From: Schizochytrium sp. TIO01
Lineage: Eukaryota > Protista > Bigyra: Labyrinthulomycetes
DNA length: 64,000 nucleotides
Assembly: GCA_004764695.1 (NCBI GenBank)
Contig: SMSO01000036.1
Location: forward strand, 2,046,001-2,110,000
Direction: 5' to 3'
How positions within the stretch are numbered: position 1 is the stretch's first letter; each line of letters starts with the position of its first letter. This document shows, in pieces, positions 58,652-64,000 of the stretch. The notes under the pieces were generated by a model. The model saw nothing but the letters and a program-made list of their open reading frames with translations, searched no databases and had not been told where the DNA came from. The translations under genes and the position numbers were made by a program.

Positions 58652-60285
58652 TGTAACTCTTCGCATGGCAGTGCGCTTTGCGCTAGCGATTTTCTAATTT
58701 TCAGCATTGACCTTACTTCCTTGGAATATGGAAGTGCAGCTTCTTTTGCCTTTGTCCAGGATGATAAGAGATTAAGTAGTGATTATAAGTTGCAATAAAC
58801 TTCGGTTACCATAAAGTTATCCTTGTTGGCTTCCTTGCTAAATTTAGTGAAAGTATATGAGAAAACCGAAGAGAGTTGATCATAGCAAAATTGCAATGCT
58901 ACTTTTACTAACGTGGCCTAACTAAGATTTTAAGTCACTTGCGATACTATCCTAGCTAGCAAAACCGAAGATCTTGCGCTGGCGATGCTAAATCTAACGA
59001 ATTGCTCGAAATGAACACCAACTGTTGAACTTTATTTGCTCATGAGTTGACCATCAGGAGCAATCTAAACACAACGAATGTAGATTCAAAACACAGATGC
59101 CTTGGAATTTGATTCTTGGGAACTAAATAGAGTAAAATGTAGTAGTATAAGCTCGAAGATTGAGAATGTTACAATGCTCACCCATTTATTCTTCGTCTTA
59201 TATTAAGCTTTGAGCTTGACAAAAGTATTACTTTGAAATGGAATTCTTCATCTGTTTCATTCTATGCACACAAGAACAGTATGAGTCAATAAGCCCAACC
59301 ATAATAAAGATGAACAACTTGCACAGAAACAGGAGAGGCAAACATGCTTTGAAGTTCGGCTGGTCTTACTTTATAACTTTTCATTAACCATATCAAATGT
59401 ACTCTCAAAGTCTAGATCTTGATGAGAGGTGAGAGCAAAAAAACAAGGGGGTTGGGCAAAGTTAAGTAAGACCTAACACTCGAAGCTCTGGAAATCGTTT
59501 TATGCAAGTTTCTCCTCCAGCCCACATTGTGTCGGATATTGGCAAGAAACTTCTAGTTCCGCCAAATCTGCGCACCCTTGCTCCCCCGCTCTATCGTCTT
59601 TTCACAAGTACCCAGAAGCCTCTTTGCTACAATTTCTACAATAAAGTTTGACTTATGTTTCGGTGGCGTTAAAGATATCAGAGCCGTTAGATTACGACCA
59701 ACCATCTTTAAAGCAGCGGCCTTCCAACTCGTAGTCACAAGTTCAAGTTGTCAACTTTTGCTTACCTCCCGAGATGTCCCTTATTGGTTCAGGCTCTTTT
59801 ATTCATATGGATAAGAAAATTCGTCCCTACCAGGAATCCATCCATTTTGCAAAACCAAATCGCCCCATCAGTCAAAACTCTACAACAAGAGACATTATTC
59901 ATAGCATGGGAATAAAGGGGTTTCTGCAAGATAGACCATTGTGAAACTAAAAAGACGGGGGGGGGGCGTCTTCTGTTTCTCAATGTCGCTAATGTTTGCT
60001 TGGTTTTCCCTGGTCATTACCTGTTGCTGAATTCAGGACTTGCCCTAAACATGTACTTTAAACAGCTCAATTGAGTCCGAACTAAGGTACTTAAAGACAT
60101 ATTAGGGAAGGTAGGAGTGTACGGTGCAGAGTAGTTAACTAGCTTATCTTCGGTACGAACAAGCTTTGCAAATTGAGAAAGTCTAGCAAATCCTCAACTC
60201 CAAACTTTGTTGAAAAGCAAAAGGTAAGGTTATAGACAGATAGCCAGATAGATAGGCAGATAAAGGATATAGACTAGTCTAAAAA

Positions 60286-60927
60286 ATGGTGGACAAGGCT
60301 GTTTTAACCAAACAACTCAAGCGTTATACCGTTCTACTCAGTCTTATTTGTTTCATTATATACCTACTGGCCTTCTTTGGAGCGTGGTACTGGGCCGATT
60401 ATGATGATGTTTGGATGGGAGTTTATCCATGGGAGTATACTTTGTTTTGGTTTGGACACGACTTTGTGTATATCACGCTGATGTTCAATTACTTTGGCCT
60501 TATCTTTAGCTTTTGGGCAATCATTGCTAATAGTGCTGTGTTCTGGTTATCGATATGCCTTGAAAATAAGTGGATATACAGGGTAGTGTATTTGACAACC
60601 GCAGTATGTGATGTGTTCACCTTAATTGCTGGAATCGGAGCATTAGGAAGTTTTACACAACCTGCTAAAGACCAATGGCCAACCGGTCATTATAGCTGGG
60701 GATTTGTATTTCAGATTTTGGCTGTAATTTTTGTTTTCGTTCATCTCATTCTCCTGGTTTGGGCGATCATAGTGGCCAAGGTGCAAGATCCACCTGTCTA
60801 CCAGAATCCTTCGCCGCCCTTCATCCAAGGGGCTGGCCAAAACCAATCACTGCCCCCAGCACAGCCATACACCGAGTTTGCGAAGGTCGAGGAAACAGGT
60901 CCACCCGTCGTCGCTACCCTCGTTTGA
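60286..60927 (+). CDS. Claudin/PMP22-like 4-TM protein #4 (213 aa) with a Pro-rich tail
   Basis: aaaaATG start; four TMs; GAWY after TM1; YSWGF before TM4; tail has PPVY and ends ATLV. Confidence 0.85.
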   Translation: MVDKAVLTKQLKRYTVLLSLICFIIYLLAFFGAWYWADYDDVWMGVYPWEYTLFWFGHDFVYITLMFNYFGLIFSFWAIIANSAVFWLSICLENKWIYRVVYLTTAVCDVFTLIAGIGALGSFTQPAKDQWPTGHYSWGFVFQILAVIFVFVHLILLVWAIIVAKVQDPPVYQNPSPPFIQGAGQNQSLPPAQPYTEFAKVEETGPPVVATLV

Positions 60928-62903
60928 TAAAATTCATAGCTAACCAAATATAGTATCGACAATTTCATATTAGCCGTCGTGATTTTCTTAGAGCTTTAAC
61001 TAAAACTCATGTCGCTCAATAATTACCCTCGCATGCACTTTGTCAGCGACCATGCTGATTCTTGTTGAATTCAACTGCAAATAATGAGAATAGTCAAAAA
61101 TGTCTCGATTTCTGATTTTGGGCGGTTTCTCGACCTTCGATTACTACTGCTAAAACATTCGCATTTGTTTTTGCTCGCTCCCGGAATTTAAATACAGAAA
61201 TCATCACAACAACGAGTCCAAAGCAGTAATATAAACGGGTGAATAGCTTTCTATGTCTGTCCGTCTCGCAGCTTTCGAATCTCAGAACACGAGCATGTCC
61301 ATGCCTTGTTTTTTGAGAGAACTGCTCAATTTAAAAAACAGTTAAAAACAATTGATTCTTATATATTTGAAAGCTTTTTTCTTTTTTCTTTTTTCAAAAT
61401 TTTAAAATAAATTTTAAAATAAAATCATAGTACTACATAAAGTCAACAATACTAAATAATACTTTATATATGAGTAGGTAGATATATAGAAGTCACATAA
61501 AGACTCCTGATATTGTGAAGAATATAAAGATACCATGGTATCGTAGCTCAGGCTTCAACTCGAATGAATTAAAAAGAAATTGCTCAATTGTCCAATTTTA
61601 ATAAAAGAGAAGTTACCAATCATAATACACTTGTATTGCTGCCCCGAGGATACTATTTGCACCTAATCGAATGAAATACCCATCAGTCGAATCAGTGGAA
61701 GGTGTTCGTTTTTGTAACTGGAGCCAAGTAGCATTCCACTTCCCACAATAACCTAACTTCTAAATGTTTTCTGCTCTTTGTTGGTTTTCTGTTGGTTTTC
61801 TTTGTCCCATTGTAGTTGCCTGAGCCTACAAAGGGAGGTCGATCATTCAAGCACCTACTACGACTTTTTGGATGAAGATCCAAGTATTACTAGGCAAGCA
61901 CGTTCTTTGCTTTTCTGAAGGAAGAAATCTAGTAGATGGGTGTGGACAATTTGCATGATCTGGTAACCCTTCCTATATACGCATAATTCAATACAGGATA
62001 TCTTGCACTAAAAGAAACTAATTACCATTATGCAAACCAATCCGCATCCCTGTAGTCAAGGGGCTGCCAAGTCCAAAAAAGGACCTAGGTGGTCATTTGA
62101 TCAGTCAAACTTGAGTGTATCAATCTACCCTTACTGATATGCTGTGACAATACAGATTATTGTTGTACAATTTACCGATTGCAACAGGAAAACTCGAGTC
62201 TTGGCAATCGCGGTGCGGACTTAATTTATGGTGGCGCTTTCGTTGTCACCTTTGCCCTTGTTGAAATAGTTCATTTTTTCACAATAACAACGAAAATAAG
62301 AAGATAACAAGATTGTCAAAGAAGATGGTGGATACCATGTTTCTTAGTATGAGTGTTGTTAGTAAATACTCTACAATGTACCTAGTAGCCAGTTAGAGTC
62401 GTCATAGAGAACTTATCTAACTTTAGTTGATACCACCGGGAACCGAAAGCGACCTTATTGCCATATGGTTACATAAAATCTAGCTTAAGCACAATTATAT
62501 AAGAAGAAGAAACGATGGGAGCACGTTTCTGGGTACTACGAGCATAATTCTCCAAGTTCCAGCCATGATCACAGAAGATGTCCCAAGTGCTGTCTTCCTT
62601 GTTTTTTTAGTAAAACTTGTAATACCCTACTATGCAAAGCTTTATCCTACCCTAATAGGTCAGTCAAATGCTCCAAGTGCCAGTGGGACGATGCTTGTAT
62701 TTATACGGGAACTCTGAGTACTCTAGTAAGGATATTATTATGATCATGGTTGAAATGGAATTGTGAAGGATCTGTGAAATACATTTATTTCATCTCGTTC
62801 ACCAAGTTTCACCAAACTTAAGCAAACTTTCAACAAAATCGAAACGTTGCAATCGGTAAAGACATTTGACAAAGAGAAGCTAATTGCATCCAGCAGCGTC
62901 AAC

Positions 62904-63383
62904 ATGAGTGCACTCAGGATTAGTAGCTTGGTGGTGGCGTGGGTCTTATTGGTTTTTGCCTGTCTTGCTATGGCAGGGTCATGGTACACCATTTCCTTTA
63001 CTGGGTCGGGCATGACAGTCTCATACAGCTACACACTCAAAGAGCTGGCAGATGAAAGCGATAGCGAGCAGCTGAAGTTCATTGATGCTGCCTTCGCGTG
63101 CAGCTGTGTTGCCTTAGCTTCTGCAGTTTTAGGTGCATGCGCAAACACTGCAGGTTTTTTTCTATCTGAGAAACGTAAGATTGGTTTCACTCTGGGTGCT
63201 GTCTTTAGTCTTCTGGTTGCAGTTACCTCAATTGTTGCGTTCGGAATTTTTGCGAATAATATGAAGCCTTATATGTCTGATTCTAGCAAGTACGGCTGGG
63301 GCTTTGGTTTGCAGTTTCTTGTCTTTTTATTTGGCATTGGAAACACAGTTCTCTCGATCCTTGCTGCTCGCGACAAGTCTTAA
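62904..63383 (+). CDS. Claudin/PMP22/amastin-like 4-TM protein #5 (159 aa)
   Basis: aacATG at 62904; four TMs; AGSWY after TM1; YGWGF before TM4. Confidence 0.85.
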   Translation: MSALRISSLVVAWVLLVFACLAMAGSWYTISFTGSGMTVSYSYTLKELADESDSEQLKFIDAAFACSCVALASAVLGACANTAGFFLSEKRKIGFTLGAVFSLLVAVTSIVAFGIFANNMKPYMSDSSKYGWGFGLQFLVFLFGIGNTVLSILAARDKS

Positions 63384-64000
63384 ACGAATTTAAGGGCTAA
63401 ATATCTTGAAGTGAGTCATAAGTACTTGACCAAAGCGAAAATTGACTAACAGGTCAAAGGGAGTCTCCAACAAAAGTAGCAGCGGCTGTATATAATTAGA
63501 TATCACTAGCATTGTCTTTATCCTAAGATATTGGTTACCTCACAAGAAAATAATCGTTATGGATTTTATAGTTAAAAAAAAATATATGGTAAAGTTGAAT
63601 ATTCAGATTATTTTATACTTTGTCAACTCTGTCACGAAAGTGGTTTGGAGCTCCTCACTTTCATCCAATCCTTAATTTCATCACAAGTTCGTGATTCGTC
63701 CTCCTCTACAGTATACATGGTGGGATTGGCTTACTACCAGATATACATAGTATTTCCAATAGCTAGGTAGAGTTGTATAGCTTCTTCTTTTTTCTTTCTC
63801 TCCGAGTTTGTACTACTATAGTATTCTTTTATTGATTAATTTAAAAAAAAAAAAAAAAAAAAAACTTACCTATGGTATCTACGTATAATTCATCGAAAAA
63901 TCATTGAGATTCTTGAAAACCTATTCCAAGCAATCCTGCCAAGTCCTTTCACGCAGCTCTTGTCTGATTGGAACGAAGTAGCTTCGCGGTGGCAGTGGCC

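Overview
Eukaryotic nuclear DNA. The genes appear intron-poor and the AT-rich intergenic DNA is full of microsatellites; this style suggests a stramenopile protist such as a thraustochytrid (inference, not proven). About 16 protein-coding genes are supported: a FYVE+SYLF(Ysc84) protein truncated by the window start; a hypothetical protein with a VWA5/PARP4-C-terminal-like helical motif; a polyQ-ankyrin protein lying after a ~20 kb gene desert; a DHX35-like DEAH helicase with eroded ATPase motifs; a Trm10 tRNA m1R9 methyltransferase fused to a degenerate short-chain dehydrogenase (SDR); a PUB-like/ubiquitin-like/2OG-Fe(II) oxygenase protein; an FLVCR/SLC49-type MFS transporter; an XRCC4-like gene head-to-head with STN1; a hypothetical protein; a NIF/FCP1-family HAD protein; and five divergent small claudin/PMP22/amastin-like 4-TM proteins. 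Four genes carry single-base frame breaks, most likely assembly indels. Top leads: (1) the single-chain Trm10-SDR fusion, which mirrors the animal mitochondrial TRMT10C-SDR5C1 complex and has a possible upstream mitochondrial presequence; (2) the claudin-like cluster with Val-ending, PDZ-ligand-like tails; (3) the DEAH pseudo-helicase; (4) the PUB-Ubl-2OG oxygenase architecture. No rRNA, tRNA, CRISPR or transposon ORF was recognised. All family calls come from motif recognition by eye, without database searches.
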